From NCBI RefSeq assembly GCF_018350175.1, contig NC_058368.1, positions 73,596,001-73,660,000 of the forward strand: a DNA stretch of 64,000 nucleotides, in the 5' to 3' direction. The translations under genes were made by a program, and so were the position numbers. The notes beneath the pieces were generated by a model. It made no database searches. It was not told the origin of the DNA and worked only from the letters and a program-made list of their open reading frames with translations. Every line of letters begins with the position of its first letter. Positions within the stretch are counted from its first letter, which is position 1. This document shows, one piece after another, positions 1-13,400 of this stretch. The stretch is from Felis catus (Eukaryota).

Positions 1-393
1 GGGGGAAAATGAGGTCTGAAAACACTGGGCCCAAAGAGCCCCGAAAGAGCAGGGCCAGAGAACATCAGTCCACCCTGCTGACCTGGCCCGGGCCCAGACC
101 CTTCAGTCTTACCACAGTCGCTTCCGCCAGCAGGGCTGATTGGCCGACTGTCTTGCATCTTTATGTGAGTGCCTGGCCCTCTTGCTTTCAGGAAGGGTGA
201 TTGTTTCTTGTGGGGAGTGCTCAGCATGTTGTGCTGCTCCTCCTAGCGGACAATCCGAATTACTTATCTCAAAGGTGAAAATTCAAAAGAGTGGGGAAGA
301 ATTACAGGTATTCCCTTAGTGCATTCTTGGAAACGGTATTCTTTTTTCCTTTTTCCTTTTGGCCCTGCAGCGAAGACTGCAGTTAGTCTTTTG

Positions 394-411
394 TAACACT
401 AGATGGCGCTC
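394..411 (+). promoter_or_regulatory. CTCF-like motif in an ERCC5 intron
   Basis: TAACACTAGATGGCGCTC resembles the CTCF core CCASYAGRKGGCRS. Confidence 0.5.
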
Positions 412-606
412 CTGCATCGGTGAGGTGGGGCTGGCTGAGAGCAAACCTGAGTTAGTTTCTGATACTAGTAAGCATGTTAAGCATGTTAAGCATGAGATAG
501 AGGTTTTGTTTTTTTAAGTTCCATTGAGTGTATAGATTGGTGAGGGTTATCTTTATGTTTTTATTTTAACTTTATGCCATTCGTGTTTCCTAATTGTATA
601 AATTTT

Positions 607-1070
607 TCTGGTTATCTCTTGCTGTATTATAAAATACGTTAAACCTCAGCGGCTTCAGACAGCAGCAGCCATTGATTTTACCCATGAATCTGCAGTTTGG
701 TGAGGCTGTGTGGACGTGTCTTGTTGGGTTCCATGTGTGTCGGGGGGCCGCTCCGCTGGGCTAGAGGATCCACTGGAGTTGGAGCCACAGATCTGGCCAG
801 TGGTGCTGACTGTCAGCCGGGAGCCCAGCCAGAATGGTGGACCCTGTCCGTCTGGACCTCCTCACTGGTGGGCGCTTCCTCACAGCATGTCGGCTGCTTC
901 CAAGGCAGATATTCTCAGGGCTGGGATGTGGAAACTGGAGCCCCTGAAGACCTGGCCCAGCATCACTTCCTTGGTCACAGAGCCCACCCGGCTCGAGGGA
1001 AGGGATGCCAAGCCACTTCTGGATGGCAGGAGAGTCACGGAACGTGTGGCTCTCTTGAACTTGCCATGGT
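607..1070 (-). mobile_element. MaLR (MLT1-like) solo LTR remnant
   Basis: ggttatctcttgctgtattataaaatac...cagcggcttcagacagc...tgaatctgcagtttgg resembles a reversed MLT1 LTR end. Confidence 0.55.
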
Positions 1071-1786
1071 AATTTATGGTCACAATGGAAAAACTGAGGA
1101 AGGAATAAAATATGAAGAAGAAAATGAACAGCTCTGTCCTTGCTTAGAACATTGCCTAGCCCACAGTAAAATAATAGTTGTTGCTGTTTTTCTTATTTTA
1201 AATTGGCTTGCTTATGTTTTCTCTTTCTCACATATATGCATTTTCCCCAAAATTGATGTTAGACTTTATATAGACTCATGTTCTGCATTTTTAAAAATTT
1301 AACATGTTCTTGGCATTTTTACATATTCTTAAATATTCTTGGGTCTGTTACTATAGTTGGTTTGAGGTAAATGATACAGTTTACTTCATTTTACTGCAAG
1401 AAAGAGACCCAGAGAAGCTGTGGGCTCTGGAGGGAGATCCTCAGGTTCTGACCCTCCCAGTCCCAGCTGTGAAATCTTGAGCAGGTAGTGACTTCTGCTG
1501 GCATTCAGCTCTTCATCTGTGATGTGAGGACAGTGGTCAGACTGTGGTCGTGTGATATACGGCGTGTAGAAGAGCTAACACGGTGCCAGGCACGGTAGGC
1601 TTTCAGTCAGTGTTTGCCATCGTTACATGTTGTGGTGAAGAACATTAAAAATGATGAAGTTGTTCTCTGTGGGTCATAGGATTTGTTCTGGAGTCGGGAC
1701 TTGGCGTTGCGTCTTCTATCTAAGTATAGGCCTGTATCTGCAGCGTTTCCACTATAATGTCGTGGTCTGTCTCCTTTGCCTTCTAG

Positions 1787-1987
1787 AGAGTGGTGGCATG
1801 AAGCTCAAAAAAGTAAGAAGATAAGACCTGACCCCTATGACACCAAAGTGAAAAAAAAATTACGCAAGCTGCAACTCACACCTGGCTTTCCCAACCCAGC
1901 TGTGGCAGACGCTTACCTCAAACCTGTGGTGGATGACTCCAGGGGGTCATTTCTGTGGGGGAAGCCAGATCTCGACAAAATTAGAGA
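1787..1987 (+). CDS. ERCC5: ERCC5/XPG structure-specific endonuclease, third-last exon (exon 13 in human numbering), 201 nt
   Basis: Acceptor ttgccttctAG at 1785-1786. Translation [67 protein letters not shown] matches XPG. Ends at a U12 donor ATATCCTTT (1988). Confidence 0.97.
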
Positions 1988-3225
<1,238 letters not shown>

Positions 3226-4859
3226 TGAGGAGTGAACTTAGGAAGGCTGTGAGTGGCAGCTGTTAAAGATGAGTTACTCTTTTATCTTAGGGCATATGAC
3301 ATCCATTTTAAAATTATTATGCTTTAGATAAGAGAACAGAGGAAAACAGAAAAAGAAAACTGCCCTTTGTCTTAATTTTTGAATTTCACTCTTAGGGCTG
3401 GACTTTGGTGTCTTTGCATTATTCATTCTGACTTTGAAAAAAACAGTCTAATAATGGATCACACACTGAGGTGTTTATGGTTGAATATTTTACTTTTTCA
3501 GAGCTATTTTCATTTTTAAAAAGTTGGGGAAGTGTCCAGTCCAAAGCAATCCTGATCATTAAATTCTCCTCAAGTACTAATGCTCCTTAATTCTATCTGT
3601 GAATCATCATCATTATGGCATGTTGGCAGGAGAGATTTTTGAGGAGAAACGAGGCCTTTGTATGTCCCTCAGTTCTCCTGAGTTGGTAGATAATTGTGTC
3701 TTGCTCATCTGTGAGTATGTTCCTACCCATACAGAAAACTGTTCCTACCCCAGGAACAACCTCCAAAATATTTCTACTGAATGGTTTACCTGTACGTATG
3801 GGACCATATCCTGTAAGATACTTATATTTAAATCTATTGTCATCAAGCTTGGTTAGTTTTGAAAAAAAAAAACACTCCTGTTGCTTATTTGAGGGCTCTC
3901 TCTAATACAGACGTTGTATGCCAACAGACTCGGAAAGCTTCTTGGCTTAGTGACTGATTACTCCTTAATTTCAGATATATTTTATTATAATATGTTTTTT
4001 CCCTTACCTTGTAGAAGTTAGTATAAATTTATTTCCCCTATATTAGAGAGTGAAAAAAATGCATTAAAATATCCATTATTTACTTTCTCTGACACAGATG
4101 TTAACATTTAGGTCTATTTTCTTTTATTCCCCCCCCCCACCCCCATTCCCACATAGATTTGCTGTCACACATAAGTGCAGTCTGATAGATCTGACTCCCC
4201 CCATACTTAATAACAGAGGACTATTTTCTGTATTGCATAGGTTTCATAATTTCAAGTGACCAGATTGCATTTCATTGAAGAGATTTCACTTACTGGTTGA
4301 GTTTACTTAGGAGGCCCTCCATTTTCAGGTTTTCCTAAATAACGGTGTGGTGAACATTAGGCATATAACTTTTCCCGAATGCAACTGTCCTCCTAGAAGA
4401 GGGTTTGCTAACCAAAACACATGCCTGTTTCCTACGACTCCCAATATGCTGTGAGGTTGTCTCCTCAGTGTATCGCATGAGGATGATGAGTTCAAAAGAA
4501 AGGAAGAGTGAAATTTGGAAACAGAGCCGTGACACTGTGTTGCTCCTGGAGGAGGTGGTCTTTTTGGCTACTGAGAAATATTTCAGTCTCATTACGTGCC
4601 TTGGAAGGGGGTTCTTATTTGAGCTGTGTACTGGGGACTTGGGGGTGACAGAGGTGGTGCAAGTACTGCTTTAAGTATGATCTAGAAAAATAAAACCTAT
4701 CTCCAGCAAATCACGTAGGAGAGATTTGGCTTTTGAGAGAGAATGAATTCATATTCTCTGAAACAGCCCTCCGAAGCTGGTGATCAAGGTGGAACTCTTT
4801 GATTTGCTTTAGAAAGTTTACCTCCTTGGCTGATTTTTTATTTCATTTCATTTTTTTAG

Positions 4860-5450
4860 ACACAGCTCCGAATTGATTCTTTCTTTAGATTAGCTCAACA
4901 GGAGAGACGAGATGCTAAGGGTATTAGGAGCCAGAGACTTAACAGAGCTGTGACATGTATGCTGAGAAAAGAAAGAGAAGAAGAGGCCAGTGAAATAGAA
5001 GCGGTGTCTGTTGCCATGGAGAAAGACTGTGAGTTCCCGGATACGGCACAAGGAAAAACCCAGAAGAGATGCATGGCAAATAAACAGAAAGAGTCATCAA
5101 ACCTGAAAAGAAAGAGGCTTTCAGATCCTAAGCAAGCGAATAAATGTGGTGGGTTTCTGGGGGGCACCTGCCTCTCGCCGTCATCCGGGGCGTCTTCTGG
5201 GGAGGATGCTGAGTATGTATCTTTGGTGAACCTGCAAAGGGGGAAAGCAGCCGAGGAGCCCCCCATCAGCCGTCCGGCTTTGCCAAGAGCAGGGCGCCCT
5301 GCTCCTGTCCGCGACGAAGACTCGACCAGCAGCAGCTCTAGTGATGATGACCGAGCGGGGACAGCACCAGTGCTGGTGACTGCCAGATCTGTGTTTGGGA
5401 AGAAAAAGGGCAAACTGAGAGGTACCAGAGGGAGAAAGAAGAAAAGCTAA
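4860..5450 (+). CDS. ERCC5: ERCC5 last coding exon: PCNA-interacting (PIP) box and basic C-terminal NLS region
   Basis: Acceptor tttttttAG at 4858-4859. Starts [15 protein letters not shown] (PIP box QxxIxxFF), is in frame with ORF 4950..5450, and ends [29 protein letters not shown]. Confidence 0.97.
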   Translation, partial: TQLRIDSFFRLAQQERRDAKGIRSQRLNRAVTCMLRKEREEEASEIEAVSVAMEKDCEFPDTAQGKTQKRCMANKQKESSNLKRKRLSDPKQANKCGGFLGGTCLSPSSGASSGEDAEYVSLVNLQRGKAAEEPPISRPALPRAGRPAPVRDEDSTSSSSSDDDRAGTAPVLVTARSVFGKKKGKLRGTRGRKKKS

Positions 5451-5525
5451 TTTAAACCAGTGTGTTCTCCGTCATCGGGTACAACTTAACATCTCGTAAT
5501 GAATTTGTTGTGATGAAATAGTACA

Positions 5526-5531
5526 ATTAAA
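5526..5531 (+). terminator. Probable ERCC5 polyadenylation signal (ATTAAA)
   Basis: ATTAAA lies 75 nt after the stop and is followed by T/GT-rich sequence (ttttttttattgtgtggtttgt). Confidence 0.6.
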
Positions 5532-7379
5532 AGTATTTGCACAATTTTTTTATTGTGTGGTTTGTAAAACTACGGATGCAGAGCTTGACAGTTACTTGTT
5601 TTCTGATATGTTTTTCTAGTGTTTTCCACGTCATTGAGTATTTCCTTGTATTCACAGTCTTTGTTCATGTTTCTATTATCATACGGTGTCTGATGCTTTC
5701 TGACAGCACTGACAGAAAGGAAGGGATTTCTGTTGGTCAGTGGTCAGTGTCTATATGCATTCCCCCTGACTTTCCAACCCAGATGAGAAGAAAGATCTCC
5801 TTATTTCTTATTCCATAACAGTGGCAGTTGCCCACAACTACGTGCAGTCCTGTTTTCTGCACCTTCCCCTTTTTCCTCAGCGGCCATGTGAGAGGATAGC
5901 AGGAGGGAACCTCACTTTGCTGCCACATCCTTTGAAAAGTATGTTTGCTGTGGTTCTAGCAAAATAATGAGGAAGCTGGAATGGGGTGCGTGATTCCCCT
6001 GTGAGTATTAACTGTATACGGGAGCCTCTGTACCGTAATGTTTCTCTTTTAAGATGATTTGGTTGTCACAAGCCGACTTGTGTGTAAGTGGCTGTGGGGG
6101 CTCAGGACTGCGGCTGAACCGATGTAGGTGGGTGACTTCAGGGGTGGCTTCCAGAGGTCGATTACTGTTGATAGAGCATTGCTCTAGAGCGCCCTGGCCA
6201 CGGGTACTTTAGTGTTGCTCCTGCTGAGACCTCTCCCAACAGCGGCTCTCAAAGTTCTGATTGCTTATGGTGAAGAGCAGGCTGAGCTTGGGTTCTTTGG
6301 CCTTCAGAGGTACTGTCTTCCCAAGTCTGTGTCTTTTCTGACATCTTTCCATCTTGACTGATTTTCTTCCTCTGCCTTCAAATAATCGACATCATCACCA
6401 ATGAATGCTGAATACAGATACCTTTCAACAACCGTTGACTGACTGTTGGCTGCTTTTTTTTTTTTTTAAGCTTTTGTTTATTTTCACCTTTTAGCCCAAC
6501 TTCTCAAATAGTTGATCTGCAGCTGCTGCTTTTCCTTGCTTATTACTTATTCTTTCCCAATTTGAAATATCTTGTCTGCTTCTACCAGTCTTCTCTAGCA
6601 GCTTTCTTCTGGAGTCAACCGTGGCTTCCACGTAAATATACTCAGATCTGTTTTTAATGCTGCTTTTCTCTGGAGGCATTTGAAGCAGAACACTTTTTGG
6701 GGGATGGGATGGGAGAACATTAACTTTTCCATATTATCCTCATTTCTCAAAGCTACCTAATAATTGGGAGTTTTCTGCATATGTGTTTGTAGATAGTACT
6801 TTTGTTAAAATTGAATTTTGTTGTCTTTAATAGATAATTTACATTTGTTTTGCCCTACAATAGCTGGGGTGAAGGCTGAGCTCCTGTAGCAAAGAGATGT
6901 TCATATGCAGTGGCCTAGATAAGCTGGACAATTATTCATCTCCCAGTCAACAGGCTGACCAGTCTGAGCCGGTTGGGCAGCTGTCCACCATGAGGTCATT
7001 CAGGGTTCCAGGATCAGCCATCCCCTAGGCTGCTGTCTAACGTGAAGGTCTAGGTCCCTGCTACATCTGCTTCTAGCCACTCTTTAGTTGGGAAGTTAGC
7101 CTCTTGCCCTAAACATCTTATTGAGCAAAGGCCTTGAGTGGAGAGTCAGTGCTGAGTGTGGGGTTTATTTCTCTGTGCTTTCTGGGATCTTGGGCTCCCA
7201 ATTCCTGGCCACCTTGCCGGCCCCAAACACTGTACTTTGTCTCCTGGGTTCTGTGAGATCTCCTGAAATTCCACTGGCATCCCTCCCTGTTGTCTTCCCT
7301 TTGCCCTCTCGGCCTCTTTACCCCAATAGTCAGCAAAAGCCTGGAATTCTTGGTTGCCTTGACAACTCTCTGATGACCT

Positions 7380-7382
<3 letters not shown>

Positions 7383-7432
<50 letters not shown>
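7383..7432. repeat. (GT)25 microsatellite
   Basis: Directly visible. Confidence 0.97.
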
Positions 7433-7435
<3 letters not shown>

Positions 7436-7662
7436 TTGCTTTTCTAGTTCTCAGAAGCAGAGGTAGGCTATAAGCTACTTACAGTTGGAGGCAGAAGTAT
7501 CCATGTACTTTTCAGACAGTTCAGTGTAACTGAAGTGATCATTGTTATCATGTCACTTTAAATGATCGATTTAGGGATTCTGCCTCTTAAGAAATCCCCC
7601 ACTGAGGTCTCGCGATCTTTTAAACAACCCCTTGAAAGAGGTAGGTTCTGTTTAAAAAAAAA

Positions 7663-7875
7663 TTTTTTTTTTAATGTTTCTTTATTTTTGAGAGACAGAG
7701 ACCGAACGTGAGTGGGGGAGGAGCAGAGAGAGAGGGAGACACAGAATCCGAAGCAGGCTCCAGGCTGTGAGTTGTCAGCACAGAGCCGGACGCGGGGCTT
7801 GAGCTCATGTACGACAAGATCATGACTTGAGCCGGAGCTGAAGTCTAACGCTTAACTGAGTCACCCAGTCACCCC
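7663..7875 (-). mobile_element. CanSINE
   Basis: Poly(T), (GA)n, acacagaatccgaagcaggctcc...cacccc. Confidence 0.9.
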
Positions 7876-9918
7876 TAGACAGGTGATTTTTATTCACCAA
7901 ATGATTCTTTATTCTTGTTTTAAAGAAAGCCAAAGAGAGAATGCCCTCTGCCTAGAATTAACCACCTATGAATAATAGTTTTCATTGTTTAGGATTTTGC
8001 AGTTTGCGGAATATTTTTTTTTACCTGCCATTTTTTCATCCCACAAATACTGCGTACCTTTTACATCCCTGTTTTATAGATGAGAGAACCAAGGAACACA
8101 TTAACTAAATGCTTAAAATCACAAGCAGATTATTGACAGGACTAATTAAAATTAGGTTCCCAGACTGCTAGTCCTGTCCAATATATTAACATGACCCCAA
8201 GTCAACTTTGTATATACATCATGGTATATAATGTATTTCTTAGAAGATCTACCCACAGTCCACTAGTTTTATTTACCTTAATAATATTGCTCTATTTTGT
8301 TACCTATCATAACTTCTTTTTAAGGGCATTTTCAGTGCCTGGGGAAATGTATACATGCTCCGAAGTGCAGCCAGGCGTATACATGTGCAGGTGCACAGGG
8401 AACATGCACCCTCGGCCTTCCTATTTAGTCTGAGCAGGAAGGAATTGAAACTTGATGCCTGTGCCCAGAGCACATTCTCTAACATTCTGGCGTGGTTGTG
8501 TGATTCTAAAAATGATGTTCACACCCGGGCAGGTGACCTAAACAGTCTGCGGCCTCTGCGTCACAGGACATTACAGCTGTGAAGTCTTACATAACTCTTG
8601 GCATGGAGGTTCAAAAATGGATCACTTTGCTCACATAGTCTTCACGGACCTGTCCGAGTGGTTTATATTCGCCTACTGGCTCTAGCTCTATTCATGAGAC
8701 ACGCACATGGAATGTTCCTGCTGTTCTTCAGTCCCCTTGTTTACAGGCATTCCAGCCTCCTTGCTGTATACCCAGAGGCTCCCAAAGCCGCAGCTGTCAG
8801 GATTCTAATCCCTTCCACAAGGACTCGCTGCCAGTGTATACAGTAGCAAACTGCGTGCTTCTGGGCTTGCCTTTCATGCACCCTCAGTGGTCTCTCCAGC
8901 AAAACAAAAGTTGTGGATGATACTTTTTAAACTTCTAGAAACTCAGCCCACCTGTTTAGGTATGTCTGGATTTCACATTTAATAAATGTTGAGCTGTAGG
9001 CAGACACGTGTAATAAACACTGCGTCTTTTAGTGGAAGAGGAACGAAGTCGGGGACAGAATGCGTGGCCACTGTTGCTGTTGTTTCACCAGCGACCGCGG
9101 GGATGTCATTTGACTTTTTGTTTTCTTTGTCAACTGTAGGGAAAATAATTGGTCTTCTAACTTATTGAGGCATACTGCAAAGAAAAATGTGGTGGCTGTG
9201 AAAAGTGATTGGGGATCCCTGGAAGAACGGAGTGCTGTATAACTCCATGGTATTACAGGGATTATGTATGATAGGAGCCAAAACTGAGATGAAAAACATC
9301 AAATCATTTCTTCCCTAAATTGGAATAACAGCTTGTTTCAGCTTGTTCACAGGATATGCTCTATTTGAGAGGCACAGAATAATTAATTTTAAACATATTT
9401 GGTTCTTCAAAGTAGAAGCTACTTAAAAAGCCCATTTGGTGGTTGAGCTATTAGAACCTGGGTACTTCCTGCTAATACAGTGATGGAAACAAGTGAACTT
9501 TATATCTACTGCTGTTTCAGATGAAAACTGTGGTTTTCACTACACTGAACAAAATCCATTTTCTCCCAATGTTTTAATCACCTCTTAAATGTTAAGATTG
9601 CTATCTGACCAGTCAGTATAAAGATGATGCCTTTTTTTGTGATAGCTAAGGTAGTCCCTGGTGAAGGATGTTTTCTTTCTCCAGTAGCTTCTAAAACTTC
9701 TGACTCTTCTCTGTCCGAATTTTTATTTGTATTGCATAGATTGTGTTTTGGTGGTCTATCTTAAATCCTGATTTATCAATATATGAAATTTTAATTGAAT
9801 TTTCTATACTAGATTTGATGTTACTTAAGCTTTATTAGGTAAATATAAAAGCACTTAACACACTTTTGAATTATTACCATTTGATATTTTATTATATTAT
9901 TTGCCTAGTTTTCAAGAA

Positions 9919-9988
9919 ATGATCAAGAAAACGTCAATATATAGCCATCCATTAGTTCATCACTTAATGGATTCAGGAACTCAAAAAG
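9919..9988 (+). CDS. METTL21E: METTL21E first coding exon (ATG 9919 or in-frame ATG 9967)
   Basis: MIKKTSIYSHPLVHHLMDSGTQK+G then donor AAG|GTAAAT. Its phase-1 end fits the next exon (G+AG = Glu). A possible acceptor ttgcctAG at 9907-9908 suggests an upstream UTR exon. Confidence 0.72.
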
Positions 9989-10095
9989 GTAAATTATTTT
10001 ATGTTTCTTTATGTAATTTAGCCAATTCTAAGAAGACAAACGACTAATAGAATATAAGTGCTTACGTTTGTGGTATTTACTAATAATGTCTTGCC

Positions 10096-10472
10096 TTTTT
10101 TGTTTTAAGTTTATTTATTTATTTATGAGAGAGAGAGAGAAAGAGAGAGAATCCCAAGCAGGCTCCACGCCCAGTGTGGAGCCCAATGACGGGCTTGATC
10201 TCATGACTATGAGATCATGACCTGGCCCCAAATCAAGGGTTGGATACTTAACTGACTGAGCCACCCAGGCACCCCGGCATCTTTTTTTTTTAAGTTTATT
10301 TTTGAGAGAGAGAGGCAGGGAGGGGTAGAGAGACAGGGAGAGAGGATCCAAGCGGCCTCTGCACTGTCAGTGTGGAGCCCGACTCAGGGCTTGAACTCAC
10401 AAACCATGAGATCATGACCTAAGCTGAAATCAAGGGTCAGTTGCTTAACTGACTGAGCCACCCAGGCGCCCC
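10096..10472 (-). mobile_element. Two tandem CanSINEs (10096-10275 and 10282-10472)
   Basis: Each has a T-tail, (GA)n and ends ...gagccacccaggc(a/g)cccc. Confidence 0.9.
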
Positions 10473-13400
10473 AGTGTTCCCTAATGTCTTAAAGAGAACT
10501 AGGACTTATCAATTGCATATTGTATCTTGGCTTGTATTTGCTAACCTGAAAAAATCTATAATAATGCGTGATGTCTACTGCTGTACCTATGGTCCTGATG
10601 ATATGTTATAGATAATTTTGACAGACAAATTAGATATATAGACTTGCTAAGTACTTGGAGTCTTTTTTAAATACAAAAAAGTAGAATAAATTTTTCCTCA
10701 CGTGCTACACACTAAATACATGACTGTGATTTCTAAGTTATTTCTTTTTAGATAGGAGGAGAGATAAAAGTTGTTTTAGGTAGGGCTGCAAGTTTTTATA
10801 AATGCCTGCATGAAAGATGATTTAGACTTATAGAAAAACATTTTAAGTCTGTGTTTATGGTTCCTCTGATGTATTAATTAAAGTACATCATGCAATTTGA
10901 TCTCTGAGGATAGAGGAATTTAAGTTTGAATTCTGCTGCAATAGTAGTTATTTGAAATTGATTTTTACATCATTTTAAGTATCAAGAGTGACTTTTCATG
11001 GGTTGTGTAATGCAACTGTCCCCATTGCCTTGAGATAAAAGTGCAGACAGACACTCTTGACCGCCTTGGAGGAGTGACTACTATGTTTTTGTAGAACACT
11101 TGTCATACAAATTTAATTATCTTGGCTTCTTTCTTCTTCTCTCTCCTTTGTCTATACACTGTGGAAGTTTTCTATGAAATGTAGTCCTGCTTTTTTAATT
11201 TTTCCTTTTTTAGGCATACCAGGTGGCCTCTACCTAGGTGAGCATATCTTTAGGCCAAGAGAGCTGGGTGGGTGCCCAGTGTTGGCAGCCTACGTGGCTT
11301 CTACACAAACAGTTTTACTGTAGTGATTTTTGCAAACCTAAACATTTAAAGTCATGATCACTTGGAGAATCCAGCCATTTAGGTGATTTGAATGAAGATG
11401 CGATTTCTGTGCAGTTTATGAATAAAATTTCGTCATTATCATTATCATTAGTAACAATACTTGGTTTCAACTGTGCGTACAATAATTTGGCAAGTTACAA
11501 AGGAAGTGGAAGGGGTTCAAGGTAAGGTTGAGACAGAACTAGTATTAAAATATTTTATAACATGAGAAAACACACCCCATAATCATCTACAGAGCCAATT
11601 AAAGCTTTAAAAATATGTTCACAGGCAGAGTAAGTGTGTGCTGCTGGGGCATGAGAATCAGATGGCATTTTGTTGGAAAGACTTCCACTAACCAGTGGAA
11701 CACTCACTTCTTGGGTGCTAAAGGATATTGACTTTCCCTGTCCTCACTCTTAAACTTAAGTGTCTTGTGCTTGGAAAAGATGGAGCAAACCCATAGCCCA
11801 GTTCTTCTATTTTGCCACTGTCCTGAAGGTCCAAGAATTCTAGGATGTCACCTAAATTATACACAGATTAAAGTTAGGACTGTGGTAGACACTAAAACGT
11901 CCTCTATCTGGTTTCTAATGCTACATCAAGAGTCCAAGCCGTGTAACACCTCATCCACATTAACTTTTCAAAATATCTTATGTTGCCTACCTCTCAACAG
12001 CCACTCTCCAGCTGTTAGCCCGCTTAGCAATGTGTTACAAAATAGCTCTTCAGGGTCTGCAGTCTTGGAACAGGTTAGTCCTAACCGAAGGCTCAGTGAT
12101 TTCTGTGCACGACTCCCAAATCGGCCTTACTGCCGTGTCAGATCAGAGCAGATACCAAAATGGGATTAAATGTTGCAGGAGATTTACTGGGGGAAGTGTT
12201 TGTGGAGAATAAGGAAGGAAGGAACAGAAGTGGGCAGGGGGAAGCCATCAGATCACGGTGCAGGTCTGACGTGTTCGAGAGGAGAGGGAGTGAGGCACCC
12301 ACTAGGTACGGGTCATCTGTGGAATGGGAGCGGGCTGGCTTTAGCGGGTAGCCCCAAGGGGAGACATGGCTTCTGAGGGACACAGCGGGAGCTGTCAGGC
12401 AGCTATGGTCCCGGTGGCAGGCTCCCTTAGTCTGAACAGCACAGCTCTGTGGCTAGCATGTCCTACTGCAGGATAATCTGCATGATTTTTTTGCCTTTTG
12501 CAGATTTACACCCCCACCCAACCTATCTTTTCTGTCTCAGTTTATGGCAACTTCATTCCCTGGCTACCCAGAAATCTGGAATCAGCCTGGTCCTTCCCTG
12601 TACCCTTCATCACTATCTCCCATCAATTTTACCGACTCCTGTTTCCCGACTCCTCATGCCCCCAGACAGCGTCGGTCACCTTGATTCAGGTGTTTATTAT
12701 TTCTTCTCATGACTGTCATAGCTGTCTTCCACCTGGCTGCCCCTACTCTAGGCCAGCTCCCCCTCCTTATCTTCTGTACATCTTTCTTTATAGCTGCAGG
12801 ATCTTTTCAAAAATTCAAATCTTGTCACATTTGCCTTGTGCTTAAAATTCCTCAGTGTCTCATTCTTTTCAATAGGACAAAATCAAGACTTCTTAGCATG
12901 ACCTAAGAATTTTATCTCCTGCAACCCCCCCGCCCCCTGCCCCCACTCATCCTACATTTTAGTTCTCAGAGTTTCCTAAACCGGAAAATGGGTCAAGAGT
13001 CTTTGCCAATGGGCCTTTGCACATGTTGTTTTCTCTGCATGACGTCTTGCCCTCTCTCATTTGACTCCAGGACTCATAATCATCAGGGCTCAGGTCCTGC
13101 TTTCCTGAGCTTTCTCTTTCTATTTTTGAGTAAACTAGTTAGATCTCTATTATAACAGGTGTGTGTTACCCTATCTTTATATTCATAGTGCCCAGGTACT
13201 CAGTAAAATGAGTGGATCAATGAATTAGCTCTAACTGGGGCTATTGGCTGGACTTACAATTTGCTCATTAGGAATGATCTGTTTCTGGTCCCCAGTCAGT
13301 TGATTCTTTTCAGAACCAACTATACTGTATTCTGTAGGGATATCAGGTGAAAACCTTCCACAAGCATCTTTATAAATCTTTCCAGAGTTGGATCAATGGC

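Noticed and set aside
697..1302. 201-aa + strand ORF
   Set aside because: Lies in an ERCC5 intron over an MLT1-like LTR remnant, lacks an ATG start and resembles no known protein.
4895..5413. 172-aa minus-strand ORF
   Set aside because: Antisense shadow of the ERCC5 last exon, with no independent coding signal.
9617..9656. TATAAAG plus AAG|GTAGTC as METTL21E promoter and first exon
   Set aside because: Spacing would leave an exon of only a few nucleotides; no other support.
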